This document shows, piece after piece, positions 28,196 through 41,630 of a stretch of 64,000 nucleotides of DNA. Made by a program: the position numbers and the translations under genes. The stretch is taken from contig OZ024742.1 in the NCBI GenBank assembly GCA_964016885.1, forward strand, positions 376,092,001-376,156,000. The letters are read 5' to 3'. The DNA comes from Eledone cirrhosa (taxonomy: Eukaryota). The number at the start of each line of letters is the position of its first letter. The first letter of the stretch is position 1. The notes under the pieces are model-generated. The model had not been told where the DNA came from, ran no database searches, and was given only the letters and a program-made list of their open reading frames with translations.

Positions 28196-28539
28196 GTGTG
28201 TCTAACACACGTGGGCATGCCCACAAAGTCAGAAAACAGCTCAGTTCCCATGACTTTCGGAAACATTTTTTCACGCTCAGAGTTGCTGAAGCATGGAACA
28301 AACTGCCTGCATCAGCTGTTAGCTGTCGGGACACAGCATCCTTTAAAACCTCCATGCTTCCCGAGATTCGCCAACACTACACCTAATGTTCCCCCTCCAT
28401 ACACATACACACATGTATATCATGACTCATACACTATTCACTTCCCTGACATTTGTGTATTATTCTATGTACTATACATGCACCTTTGACGAGTTGTAGT
28501 GCACCTGAGCACTTTACACAATAATTTCATTATTATTAT
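28196..28539 (+). mobile_element. CR1-type LINE 3' end
   Basis: SNTRGHAHKVRKQ...RKHFFTLRVAEAWNKLP is the typical CR1 ORF2 C-terminus; (ATT)n tail. Inserted into the first unit of the 48-bp array. Confidence 0.88.
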
Positions 28540-30134
28540 CTATGTCATTAACCCTTTCATTACCATATTTCTACTGAAAGACACTACCTAAGTCATTAAC
28601 CCTTTCATTACCATTAATCTACTGAAAGACACTACCTATATCATTAACCCTTTCATTACCATATAACTAATGAAAGACACTGTCTATGTCATTAACCCTT
28701 TCATTACCATATATCTAATGAAAGACACTACCTATGTCATTAACCCTTTCATTTCCATATTTCTAATGAAAGACACTACCTATGTCATTAACCCTTTCAT
28801 TACCATATATCTAATGAAAGACACTACCTATGTCATTAATCCTTTCATTACCATATTTCTAATGATAGACATTGTCTAAGTCATTAACCCTTTCATTACC
28901 ATATTTCTAAAGACATTGTTTATGTCATTAACCCTTTCATTACCATATATCTAATGAAAGACACTGTCTATGTCATTAACCCTTTCATTACTATATATCT
29001 AATGAAAGACACTACCTATGTCATTAATCCTTTCATTACCATATTTCTAATGATAGACATTGTCTAAGTCATTAACCCTTTCATTACCATATTTCTAAAG
29101 ACATTGTTTATGTCATTAACCCTTTCATTACCATATATCTAATGAAAGACACTGTCTATGTCATTAACCCTTTCATTACCATATATCTAATGAAAGACAC
29201 TACCTATGTCATTAACCCTTTCATTACCATATTTCTACTGAAAGACACTACCTATGTCATTAGCCCTTTCATTACCATATTTATAATGAAAGACACTCCC
29301 TATGTCATTAATCCTTTCATTACCATATTTATAATGAAAGACACTCCCTATGTCATTAATCCTTTCATTACCATATTTATAATGAAAGACACTCCCTATG
29401 TCATTAATCCTTTCATTACCATATTTCTACTGAAAGACACTGTCTATGTCATTAACCCTTTCATTACCATATTTCTAATGAAAGACACTACCTATGTCAT
29501 TAACCCTTTCATTACCATATTTATAATGAAAGACACTCCCTATGTCATTAACCCTTTCATTACCATATTTATAATGAAAGACACTCCCTATGTCATTAAC
29601 CCTTTCATTACCATATTTCTAATGAAAGACACTACCTATGTCATTAACCCTTTCATTACCATATTTCTACTGAAAGACACTGTCTATGTCATTAATCCTT
29701 TCATTACCATATTTCTAATGAAAGACACTCCCTATGTCATTAATCCTTTCATTACCATATTTCTAATGAAAGACACTCCCTATGTCATTAATCCTTTCAT
29801 TACCATATTTCTAATGAAAGACACTACCTATGTCATTAACCCTTTCATTACCATATTTCTACTGAAAGACACTACCTATGTCATTAACCCTTTCATTACC
29901 ATATTTCTAATGAAAGACACTGTTTATGTCATTAACCCTTTCATTACCATATTTCTAATGAAAGACACTGTCTATGTCATTAATCCTTTCATTACCATAT
30001 TTCTACTGAAAGACACTGTCTATGTCATTAACCCTTTCATTACCATATATCTAATGAAAGACACTGTCTATGTCATTAACCCTTTCATTACCATATTTCT
30101 ACTGAAAGACACTGTCTATGTCATTAACCCTTTC
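28540..30134. repeat. 48-bp minisatellite (TTAACCCTTTCATTACCATATTTCTAATGAAAGACACTACCTATGTCA); first unit at 28154-28195
   Basis: About 33 units; produces the spurious 16-aa-repeat ORF 29142-30173. Confidence 0.96.
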
Positions 30135-30274
30135 ACAACCTATGAGTTTCAAATTATCAAAAATTTAGAGTGATTTAGTAAAATCACTTTCTCATTATTA
30201 AGCTGGTTGTAGAAACATAATTTCACAAAGGTATTAATATAAAACTATGATGGAAGGTTTTTAGATAAATATAT

Positions 30275-30907
30275 ATGGATGTGTAACAGTAATATACATG
30301 AACGACAAAGCATAAAGGAATTGAGAGAGAGACTGAGCATAAGAGGAATCAAATGCTGCGTGCAGGAGAGGCGGTTACGCTGGTATGGACATGTGATGCG
30401 TATGAAGGATGACAGCTGCATAAAAAGGGGCAGAGCACTAGAAGTTGATGGAAACCGCGGAGTGGGGAGACCCAAGATGACTTGGGATGAGGTGATAAAA
30501 GCCGACCTTACCCAACTACACCTCTCAAAGTCAATGACACACGACCGTGACTTCTGGCGTCACGCAGTAATACAGGGTACCCGACCTCCCATGGGTACAT
30601 GCTGAAGCATATAAACAATATGCCCCCACTCCCCCCACCGCAAGGTGGTCGTGGAGGTGCCACGGCAAAAAAGCACCCAGCCCACACTGTAAAGTGGACG
30701 TGTAGGCGCCACGAAAAAGCACCCAGCACTCACTGTAAATGAGGTTGGTGTTAGGAAGGGCATCCAGCTGTAGAAATCAAGCCAGATCAGTTCCTGTATG
30801 AGCAAGGCATGGTCAGCCGACCAGACACTGCACACAACAGGACAACCCGTCTAACCCATGCTAGCGTGGAAGAACGGACGTAAAACGGTGATGATGATGA
30901 TGATGAT
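30275..30907 (+). mobile_element. 5'-truncated RTE-clade LINE inserted in the TTAA-CCC MITE
   Basis: ERRLRWYGHVMR...GRPKMTW followed by a 3' UTR and (GAT)n tail. MITE-like sequence lies on both sides (30126-30270, 30908-30980). Confidence 0.9.
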
Positions 30908-31240
30908 ATACTTTAAAATAAACAGTTTTGTATCATAGAACGAGGAGCAGTTTCAGGTAGTTTAGTACCAAAAGAATGAATGGTCTTTTCAATGTCTATT
31001 GTGTGTCACCTAAGATCTTGTGACAAGTCACAGATGTTAAACATGTCAAAGATTTACTATACTTGGTTTAGATTCACTCTTTATCGACTCAATTTTCTTA
31101 GGATCTCTTAGTAAGTGTTAAAGCTTTGTTAATTTAATTCATTAGGATCTTTTAGTGTGTAATCTGGTTTTGAATAGGTACACCATATTCCTGCATGTTG
31201 TAAAAGGTAAGTAAAAGGACTGGTGCCAAGAAGGGCATTT

Positions 31241-31330
31241 ATCCACCCATCAATCCAGCCACCCAGTCAACCATCTATCTATCCAGCCACCCGGTCATCT
31301 ATCTATCCAGCCACCCAGTTATCCATCCAA
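31241..31330. repeat. 24-bp ATCC/AGCC-type repeat (ATCCATCTATCCAGCCACCCAGTC); continues at 36647-36728 and 39659-39760
   Basis: The same unit flanks both Tx1-like elements. Confidence 0.9.
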
Positions 31331-34300
31331 CCAGAACAACAACAACAATAATGACAACAAGAACAACAACAGCAACAATGATAACAACAACACCAACAAC
31401 AACAACAATGATAACAACAACACCACCAACAACAACAGCAACACGAACAACTCCACGAACAAGGAAAAGATTTCTTTTGCTCAAACCGTCTAAAAGACGG
31501 AACTGTTCACATACCTTGACATTTCCAATGCTAGGGAAATGTTAAGCGATGCAAATCAGTACGTAACTTTTGGTGAGAGTAGTGCTTTCAGCATCACTTC
31601 TCCTCAACAGTTACGCAGAGAAACTGTTCTAAAAACAGTAATTTTTAGGACGGTTTCAAATGTGTCGAAAAAACCAGTTCAATTATCCCAAAACGATATT
31701 GAACTGGTTCTGAAGAATTCCATGAAGGATATTGCCGTCATCCAAAAAGGGAAACTTTTTGGAAGCATTTCAGTGTTGTTGAAAGACCAAAAAATATTCT
31801 GTATCACCGATTGTGTCCCCTCTTTACACCTTTTTCCCCACATATATGGAAAAAAGAACTCAAAAAATAAAAATTTTGAACATTGCACCAAATGTAAACA
31901 TCTGGTGGATTCTAACTGGCTTCATCGAAGATACCATCATTTCGGTGGGAAAGTCCTCCAGAGGCACAATCAATGGTACAAGCATGGAAGTTCTGGTCCA
32001 AATGAGGCCAGAACGGATAGCTAAAATACCCCGTGTGCCTCTGGATGGAATTTCACACATAAACATCTCTGTTGAGAGTAGGCAGCCTTCATGTTACCAC
32101 TGTTTAAGCAGTTAACTAAAAAAAAAAAAGAGGCACTACTGCCAACACCCAAAACAACAACACAACCACCACCACTACCACCACCACCACCACAACAACA
32201 TGCAAACACAACCAAAACAAGAACAAAAAACCAACCTGCAAGCACAGTCCCACCCAACCCCACTCCACCTAAAACCACTGCAAAATCACCCACAAACACA
32301 ACAGCTCCCCAAAACATACCCCTTCCAAATAACACAGACACCACAACGGACGAGGCCCCCACATCATCACCAAGTGATGATGAGGGAGAGCCTCTCCGTT
32401 CGAAAAGAAAGAAGAAAAGACACCACAAGAACAAAAAAAAACAACAAACATCACTACAAACATACAACCACCAACACAAACAACACAAACATTACAAACA
32501 AAAACCCCCCGTCCCGAAAACAAAACCACGACATCACTCCAAACACAAACACCTACAACAAAACGAAAGCTCCTACAAGAACAACAGACAAAAACCACTG
32601 CAACACAACAAGAACATTACACATACATAAACAGTAAAAACAAAACTTTAATGGAGGTCATCTCCAACGACCCTTCGGTTTTCACCGAAGGGAAAACTTT
32701 TTCGAACTGTGTAGACAAACCTAATTTAAAGATGATTAGGGTCTCTACGGACACCTATAAGTCTTTAAAGGAAAACTTTCCTAAGGACGTGGGTAATCCT
32801 TGTGTTAAACCCATTAACCGCGTCCTTTTAAAAAGTTTCCCCACCCTCACCCCAGACACCCCCACCCTACCAAACATCTCCGTCCCCACCCCGCCGGATA
32901 CCACCACCCACCCAGACAACTCCTCTAACACCCCCATGGAAACCGTGCAGCCTGATCTCCGGGAGACGAAGAGGTGAGTGTTTTCTTCACTTCTTTTAAC
33001 TTTTTAGAACCAACATGGCCAATATAAGAGTTGGGTGTGTGAATGTACGCGGCCTGGGGATGCCCTGGAAACAGGGCAAACTCTTAAATGACCTCAGGTC
33101 ACACAGTATGGATGTAGTAGCCATTTGCGAGTCCAGGATCCACAGCGAGCGACAGTTGGCCCCCATCTTCGATGACTTTGAGATCTACGCATCTCTCTGT
33201 CAGCCGGGGGGTGGGGGCAGGGTTGCTGTTTTGCTGCGGAAACACCTGGGCTTCGTAACACAGACGGTACATCTGGACCCGGAGGGTTGACTGGTGGTCC
33301 TAGAGGTTGACGATAGTGAAGGTGGAGCCTTCAGGCTGGTGGCCGCATATGCCCCATCCGGGACACCGCGGCCAGACTTCTTCAAACGTCTCGAGACTTT
33401 TCTGAGAACGTCCCGCTCCTTGCTTTTAGTTGAGGACTGGAATGGATTCCTAGATGTACGTTGGGACTATGTGGGAGCATGTCCCGATAAAGGGGGGTGT
33501 AACAGCCTCAAACAGTTAATCGGCCAATTTGACCTGGGCGATAGATATCGACTAGATTTTCCGACTGTGCCACTGTGGACGTGGACTAATCGCAGCGGAA
33601 CATCTAGATCGTACCTAGATAGGGTTCTAGTTAGAAATAAGGATAGGGACATGTTAAGCTGTCCACAAATGTTCATGGTTGCCTATTCAGATCACAAACT
33701 AATGACCTGCATGGTCAACCTTGATAGAACCCATAGACAAGGACCCGGCTACTGGAAGCTGAACTTGTCGTTACTGACATGCAAAGTCTACAGTAGACGG
33801 ATTAGCACTTTAGTTAAACAGCACTTGACAGGGGCCATTGTCAACAACAGATGGTGGTACTCTCTCAAGAGGGCAGTTAGATTAGACTCGTTAGTTTTTA
33901 GTAAAGAATTAGCGTTAGATAGAAATAGAACCGAGAAAGAATTGGTAGATAAAGTAGAAGAGGCAATTAGAAGTGGCAACGTAGCCAGCGTGCTAGCAAC
34001 GAGAACGGCCTTGGACCAGTTCTTCAACGCAAAGCATGAGGGCTGCGTTGTCAGAAACAAAATACGTGCTCTAGGAAACGAGGGAGCTAAAGCTGTTAGC
34101 TGGGCCCGAGTGACGGAGGCAAAAAGTGGCAACAAGTCCACGATTCGGTCTTTGAAGGACCAAAACGGACGCGTGATATGTGAGCCGAAGAAGATGTGTG
34201 CGGCCTTTCAGCGGCACTTTGCTCAGCTGTTCGGGCAGGGCGGCGCGGCGGGAGGGGCTATGGATTTCGGTCCATACCTCGACGGCCTACTGCGACTCTC

Positions 34301-36646
34301 AGACAGCGAGGCGAATTCTGCGGAAAGCCGATTTCAGCCGCTGAGATAGGGGACGCGTTGAGCCAATGCGGCAAACGCAAATCTCCAGGTCTCGATGGCC
34401 TACCCTACAAATTATACGTAGCAATGCCGGACTTATTCTCCGGTCTCCTGGAAGCGGTCCACTGCAACTGGCGACAGAACGGGAGAATTCCCAGTTCTGT
34501 GACCGGGGGCGTAGTCACACTAGTCAGGAAGGACGAGAATAAGGGGGATGACATAGGCAACTTCTGGCCCATAACTCTGCTAAACACAGAGTTACAGATT
34601 TTGGCCAAGGTGTTGGCAAAGAGGCTGGCGCTTGTCATCGAGAACCTGGTGGGAGAAGCGCAGACATGCGCAATCCCGACCAGGTCCATACACGACAACC
34701 TCCACCTCATGCGATACATCATAGAGAGGGTAGGGTGGGGCCCTGATCAACTTGGATCAGTCTAAGGCTTTCGATAGGGTTGACCATCGTTACCTGGATG
34801 CGGTGCTCGAGGCGGCAGGCTTCGGACCCGTGTTCAGGGGCTGGATTGCTGCAATGCATAACAGCAACATCTGCTCAAGAGTTAAGGTGAACGGCTACCT
34901 CTCGGAGCCGTTCCATATCACGCGATCCATTCGACAGGGATGCCCTCTCTCCTCCCTTCTGTACATACTGACTCTCGAGCCACTACTGCGGAAGTTGGAG
35001 CTATTGCAGGGCATCCCTCTGGAACCGCAACTGTGAAAAGTGTCGTCGGCCTACGCCGACAACGTGACAGTAATGGTGTCGAGCACCTCGCAAATCGAGG
35101 AGATTGGCACCTTACTGGAGGAATACGAAAGGTTCACAGGGGAGAAGCTGAACCGGGACAAGTCCATCGGTTTGCAACTCGGATCGTGGAGAGGCAAAGC
35201 GATGCCTTCCGATGGCGTCGTCGGACGCTGGACGGAAGGACCGGTAAAGCTGCTCGGGGTCTGGTCTGGTCCTGACCTCCAGGTGGAGAAGAACTGGAAC
35301 GAGGTGTCAGCCAAGGTGTTTGCACTCACCCAGAAGTGGGCCGAGTGCAAACTATCAATGAAAGGTCGAGCGGAGGTGGTGAACACTTTTATAGCGTCCG
35401 CCATCTACTGCTTGACCGTCGTGCCTTGTCCAGCCAAAACGCTCGGCAAAATAGAGTACGCGCTCTTCCAATTACTTTGGTGAGAAGTTCCATCTGCTGC
35501 CAACGCCCTTCCAACGGAGGGCTGGGGATGCCGTGGCTGACGATGCGCAAACACACGCTCAGGCTGCGGAATCTCTACGTATTCCTCACCGGACAACCGG
35601 TGTGGGCCCCGTTCGTGAGGCGAGCCTTCCCACGACTCATCTCGCTGACCGAGCTGCAGTCCTGGGTCAAGCAAAACCGAGGAAAATGGGCGACTGGCAC
35701 ATCGAATGTGCTCAGGCGCTCACAGCCCTCTGGCAGGCGGACCCGGCGATCAGTGGAGACTCCACTTCGTCATTCTATAGAGGGTTGATCCGCAGCAAGT
35801 GCGACAACGTGCTCGGTGAAACTCTGGGCGTAGAGGAAGACGAACTGGCCAGTCTGTTCGGTAGGACCTTCCGCCCGGGACCAATGGACAACTTCCAAAA
35901 GTTCCTGGCCTGGCAGTGCTACCAAGGAGCTCTACCAGTTCAAGACAAGCTCTACAGACATCGGCGCCCGGGCAGGGACCCTGCAAAAAAGATCTGTCCG
36001 AGGTGCGTACGAGACAAAGAAACCGTCGCGCACACATTCATACACTGCCCGAGCGTCACCGACCTGGGGGCCTATGTAGAACGACTATTGTCGCGGGTGG
36101 GACTAATCTAGTTGACCACCGAGTCCATTGTCATGATCAAACCGCCACCCTCCTTCAAAAAAGAAGGAGAGGTGATTTTCCTTTGTGTGATAGCTATGGC
36201 GAAAGAGGTTGTATGGTGGACAAGGTTGAAAGGGCTGAGGTCAGACACCTTTCTCTCCGGCCAACAACTGATTCTTTTTTTCAAATACCACTTTGGAAGA
36301 AGAATCAGGATGGAGAGAGAGGTGCTGTACCCCAGCAAGTTTTATGAAAGGTGGGTGAAAGTGGCGAGAATGGCCCGAGTGAATGGGCCTTCTCTCTATA
36401 TCAGCCTGTAGGTTGAGGAAAAAGAGGAGGAGAAGTACAAACTCTTCGTACTCCTGGAGATGAGGGTTGCACATTTTTTTTTCGGGGGTATGTGTTACCC
36501 ATATGAAATGTCTCCCCCTATTGGGGAAAATCGATTAATTTTTAAATTGCATTTGTGATAATATTTTACACGTTTTTATTATATGTAAACTTCCCCCTTT
36601 GTATTTGTCCCCTTCTTTTGTGCCCCTGTGGCTAATAAAGAAACAT
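31331..36646 (+). mobile_element. Near-full-length, decayed Tx1/L1-clade LINE (copy 1)
   Basis: (AAC)n-rich 5' region. Frameshifted ORF1 with a CYHC knuckle remnant at about 32090. ORF2 from 33015 has an APE domain (NVRGL, YLDR, SDH, GPGYWKLN), RT (KSPGLDGLP, PITLLNTE, DQSKAFDRVDH, RQGCPLS, YADN) and a C-terminal CPRC..ET..H..C. AATAAA at 36634. Confidence 0.93.
33015..36411 (+). pseudogene. Tx1-like ORF2 (APE endonuclease, reverse transcriptase, zinc finger), disrupted
   Basis: Several stops and frameshifts across consecutive ORF fragments; catalytic YADD reads YADN. Confidence 0.9.
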
Positions 36647-36728
36647 ATCTATCCAGTCACCCAGACATCCATCCATCTATCCAGCCACCCAGTCATCCAT
36701 CTATCCAGCCACCCAGTGTCCATCTATC

Positions 36729-39658
36729 TGAACTTGTCCTTACCGGCAAGTAAAGCTTACAGGGACCGGATTAGTACGTTAGTTAAGGAGCGGTTGACTG
36801 GAGCGATCATCAACAGCAGGTGGTGGGTATCTCTAAAGAGAGAGATTATATTAGTCTCGATAGAATTTAGTAAGGTTCTAGCTGCGGATAGGAATAGGAA
36901 GGAAAGGGAGCTAATAGATAGAGTAGAAGAGGCAATTAGAAGCGGCGACGTGGCCAGAGTGCTAGCGTCGAGAACGGCTTTGAGCCAGTTTTTCGAAGCA
37001 CGAAGGCTGCGTTGTCCGAAGTAAAATACGTGCCCTAGGGAACGAGGGGACCAAAGCTGTTAGCTGGGCCCGCGTGTCAGAAGCCAAGAGTGGAACTAAA
37101 TCCACCATCCGGTCTTTGCGAGACCAGGATGGATGGGCGATCCTTGAACCTAAGCAGATGTGTGAGGCCTTTCAAAAGCACTTTGCCGGATTGTTCGGAA
37201 GGGGTGGGGAGCCGGTTGGGGATGTGGACTTCGGTCCATACCCCGACGGCCTGCCGCGTCTCTCGGACAGGGAGGCGAAGTCCTGCGAGGAGCCGATTTC
37301 AGCCGCTGAGATAGAGGACGTGATGAGCCAATGCGGCAAACGCAAATCCCGGGTCTCGATGGTCTTCCATACGAACTGTATCTAGCTATGCCGGACTTGT
37401 TCCCCGATCTCCTCGAGGCGGTCTACTGCAACTGGCAACAGAACGGGAGAATTCCCTGTACTGTGACCAAGGGCGTAGTCACGCTAGTGAGGAAGGACGA
37501 GAACAAGGGGGACAAAGTAAGTAACTTCAGGCCCATAACTCTGCTAAATACAGAGTTACAGATTTTGGCCAAAGTGCTAGCAAAGAGGTTGGCGCTTGTC
37601 GTGGGCAACCTGGTGGGAGATGCGCAGACATGTGCTATCCCGTCCAGGTCCATCCATGACAACCTCCACCTCATGCGATACATCATAGAGAGGGTTGGGA
37701 ACGAACCCGGCTTTGGTGGGGCTCTGATCAACTTGGATCAATCTAAGGCGTTCGATAGGGTCGACCATGGTTACCTGGATGCGGTGCTAGCGGCGGCAGG
37801 CTTCGGACCCGTTTTCAGGGGCTGGATCACTGCTATGCACAGCAGCCGCATCTGCTCTAGAGTCAAGGTGAACGGTTACCTCTCGGAGCCGTTCGAAATC
37901 GCGCGGTCCATCTGACAAGGGTGCCCTCTCTCCTCCCTTCTGTATGTATTGACTCTTGAGCCACTACTGCGGAAGTTGGAGTTGTTGCAGGGCATCCCTT
38001 TGGAACCGGGATTGCGGAAAGCGGTGTCGGCCTACGCCGATGACGTGACAGTAATGGTGTCGACGGCCTCCGAAATCGGGGCGGTCGGCACCTTACTGGA
38101 GGAGTACGAAAGGTTCACAGGGGCTAAGCTGAACCGGGACAAGTCAATCGGTTTGCAACTCGGCACGTGGAGGGGCAAACCGATGCCCTCCGATGGCGTC
38201 GTCGGACGCTGGACGGAGGGCCCGGTGAAGTTGCTCGGGATCTGGTTCGGACCAGACCTCCAGGTGGAGAAGAACTGGGCGGAGGTTACGAACAGGGTGT
38301 TTGCACTGACCCAGAAGTGGGCCAGTTGTAAACTATCCCTGAAATGTCGGGCGGAGGTGGCGAACACCTATATAGCGTCCGTCATCTACTACCGCCTGAC
38401 CGTCGTGCCTTGCCCAAGGGAAACCCTCGCCAAAATGGAGCGCGCGCTCTTCCAATTCCTTTGGAAGAGGCGGACTCCTATGGTGAGGAGATCCATCTGC
38501 TGTCAACACCCTTCGAAAGGAGGGCTGGGGATGCCGTGGCTAATGATGCGTAAACACGCATTAAGGCTACGGCACCTCCACGTATTCCTCACCGGTCAAC
38601 CGGTGTGGGCCTCGTTTGTGAGACGAACCTTTCCCAGACTCGTCTCCGAGCTGCAATCCTGGGTCAAGCAAAGACCGAGAAAACTGGGCGCCTGGCACAC
38701 TGAGTGTGCCCAGGCACTCACCGTCCTCTGGCAGGCGGATCCGGTTATCAGTGGAGACTCCACCGCAACATTCTATAGAGGGCTGGTACGCAGCAGTTGC
38801 GACGACGCCCTCGGAGAAGCCCTAGACATGGAGTAAGACGAACTGGCCAGCCTGTTCGGTAGGACATTCAGCCCGGGACCTATGGACAACTTCCAGAAGT
38901 CCCTGGCCTGGCAGTGCTACTGAGGGGCTCTACCCGTTCGAGAAAAGCTCTACAGACACGGGTGCCCGGGTAGGGACCCCGCCAAAAAGATCTGTCCCAG
39001 ATGCGTGTGCAACGAGGAAACCGTTGCACACGCATTGGTACACTGCTCGGGCGTAGCCGATCTGTGGGGCTATGTCGAACAACTGCTGTCAAGGGTGGGA
39101 CCGATCCGGTTGACCACCGAGTCTAATGTAACGACTAAGCCGCCTCCCCCCTTCAAAAATGAAGGAGAGGCGGTGTTTCTGTGCGTAATAGCCATGGTGA
39201 AAGAGGTTGTATGGTGGACGCGTCTGAAAGGACTGAGGTCAGGCACCTTTCTCTCTGGCCAACAACTGGTCCGTTTCTTCCGATATCATTTTGGAAGAAG
39301 GATCAGGATGGGGAGAGAGGTGCTCCACCCCAGTCGTTTTTATGAAAGATGGGTGAAAGTGGCGAGAATGGCCCGTGTGAATGGGCCTTCTCTTTACATA
39401 AGCCTGTAGGTGGAAAAGAGAAAGGAACGAGGCAGCACCCTCTCTCTGTGCTCCTGAGGAGAAGGGGTTGCACATTTTTTTCGGGGGTGTGTGTGACCCC
39501 CCCCCCCCAAACGCCCCCTCCCTATTGAGGACTTATTGTTAAGTTTATTGTTAATTTTATATTTGTTATTTATTTTCTTTACTCGCCTTTTCATGTAAAC
39601 TCCCCCCATTGTACTTGTCCCACTTTTTGATGCCCTGGTGGCAAATAAAAAGAAACAT
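36729..39658 (+). mobile_element. 5'-truncated Tx1/L1-clade LINE (copy 2, diverged sister of copy 1)
   Basis: Starts at LNLSL, just after the APE domain. RT has YADD at about 38032. Same C-terminus ARVNGPSLYISL. AATAAA precedes GAAACAT. Carries stops and frameshifts. Confidence 0.93.
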
Positions 39659-39994
39659 ATCTATCCAGTCACCCAGCCATCCAGCCAGTCATCCATCTAT
39701 CCAGCCACCCAGTCATCCATCTATCCAGCCACCCAGTCATCCATCTATCCAGCCAGCCAAACATTGCTTTAAAAAGGATCCTATAGTGAGTATGATTAAA
39801 ATCTGTCATGGAGTTTACAATGCTAACCTTTAGCAGGGAAAATGGCCCTAAAACACATGTTGTTGTGTTGTAGTTCCATGAACATATATTAGAGAACCCT
39901 TTAAAAAGCCCTACCTACTGTTTCACTATCTCCTGTAGGTCGTGTGTTACACCATCTTAAGACTTGCTATGGTTTACATAACTGACTGCTCATG

Positions 39995-40272
39995 AAATTA
40001 ATGTGTAAATGGCTGAGTATTCCACAAACGTGTAATATTAATGTAATTCCCTGAGATATTGAGCGTGACACTGTGACAAAGCTGTCCCTTTGAATTACAG
40101 GTACAGTCCATCTAACAGGCTTCTAAACAGTTTCTGTCTACCAAGTTTCACTCACAAGCCACAGGTTGACTTGAGGCTATAGTAAATAACACTTGCTCTA
40201 GAGGCCAGGCAGTGGGATCGAACCCACGACCTGATGATTGCAAATCAAACCACTTAACCACTTGGTCATGCT
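39995..40272 (-). mobile_element. Second tRNA-derived SINE family
   Basis: Minus strand has TGACCAAGTGGTTAAG (box A) and GGTTCGATCCC (box B), followed by GAGCAAGTG...ACTATAGCCTC. Related pieces occur at 63425-63490 and 63920-64000. Confidence 0.65.
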
Positions 40273-40426
40273 TTGTCCCATTATAAAACATATCAGTGTT
40301 TCTCTACACACTGAAATGTTTTAATCTAAACTTATATTACAAAGGTCAGTTGAAATTTTCAGAGGCTGACAATGAAGGATTGATGCTAGAGCTGTGAGAT
40401 CTTACATGTGTTAATTTCAACTCTTA

Positions 40427-41380
40427 TGTGTCTAACACATGTGGGCATGCCTACAAAGTCAGAAAACAGCACAGCTCCCATGACTTTCAGAAACATTTTT
40501 TCACGCTCAGAGTTGCTGAAGCATGGAACAAACTACCTGCATCAGTTGTTAGCTGTTGAGACACTGCATCCTTTAAAACCTCCATGGAACAAACTACCTG
40601 CATCTGTTGTTAGCTGTTGAGACACTGCATCCTTTAAAACCTCCATGGAACAAACTACCTGCATCAGTTGTTAGCTGTCGAGACACTGCATCCTTTAAAA
40701 CCTCCATGTTACAAACTACCTGCATCTGTTGTTAGCTGTTGAGACACTGCATCCTTTAAAACCTCCATGGAACAAACTCCCTGCATCAGTTGTTAGCTGT
40801 CGAGACACTGCATTCTTTAAAACCTCCATGGAACAAACTCCCTGCATCAGTTGTTAGCTGTCGAGACACTGCATTCTTTAAAACCTCCATGTTACAAACT
40901 ACCTGCATCTGTTGTTAGCTGTTGAGACACTGCATCCTTTAAAACCTCCATGGAACAAACTCCCTGCATCAGTTGTTAGCTGTCGAGACACTGCATTCTT
41001 TAAAACCTCCATGGAACAAACTCCCTGCATCAGTTGTTAGCTGTTGAGACACTGCATCCTTTAAAACTTCCATGGAACAAACTACCTGCATCAGTTGTTA
41101 GCTGTTGAGACACTGCATCCTTTAAAACCTCCATGGAACAAACTCCCTGCATCAGTTGTTAGCTGTCGAGACACCACATCCTTTAAAACCTCCATGTTTC
41201 TTGAGATTTGCCAACACTACACCTGATATTCCCTCTCCATACACACATGTATCTCATGACTTGTACACTATTCACTTTCCTGACATTTGTACATTATTCT
41301 ATATACTATACATGCTCCTTTGATGAGTTGTAGTGCACCTGAGCACTGTACACAATAATTTCATAACAATTATTATTAAT
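40427..41380 (+). mobile_element. CR1-type LINE 3' end containing an internal 61-bp tandem expansion (40522-41196)
   Basis: Collinear with 28196-28539 except that CATGGAACAAACT...TTTAAAACCTC is repeated about 11 times. Confidence 0.9.
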
Positions 41381-41630
41381 AACTGTATTGTTTATTTCCA
41401 GGGACTATGCTGCAAAATAAACCTCATTTGGTCATTCAATGAGAGTATCTTGGTCAGCCTATGAACTTTTCAGCCGACCCACGTATAAATTCAGCTTACT
41501 TGAATACAATACTATTGAACCTCAGGTCAAATAGGGTTCAGCTCCCAGAGTATATGTAAAATCAGAAATGTGATGTAATATTAACAAAATATATTATCAG
41601 TGAAAATGTCAAGTTGAGTAGTAAAATAAT

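Noticed and set aside
29142-30173. 343-aa ORF with a 16-aa repeat
   Set aside because: By-product of a stop-free 48-bp minisatellite; neighbouring units contain stops and indels.
32021-32977. Pro/Thr/Lys-rich ORFs as a host mucin-like gene
   Set aside because: They lie between the ORF1 zinc knuckle and ORF2 of the LINE; low-complexity ORF1 tail.
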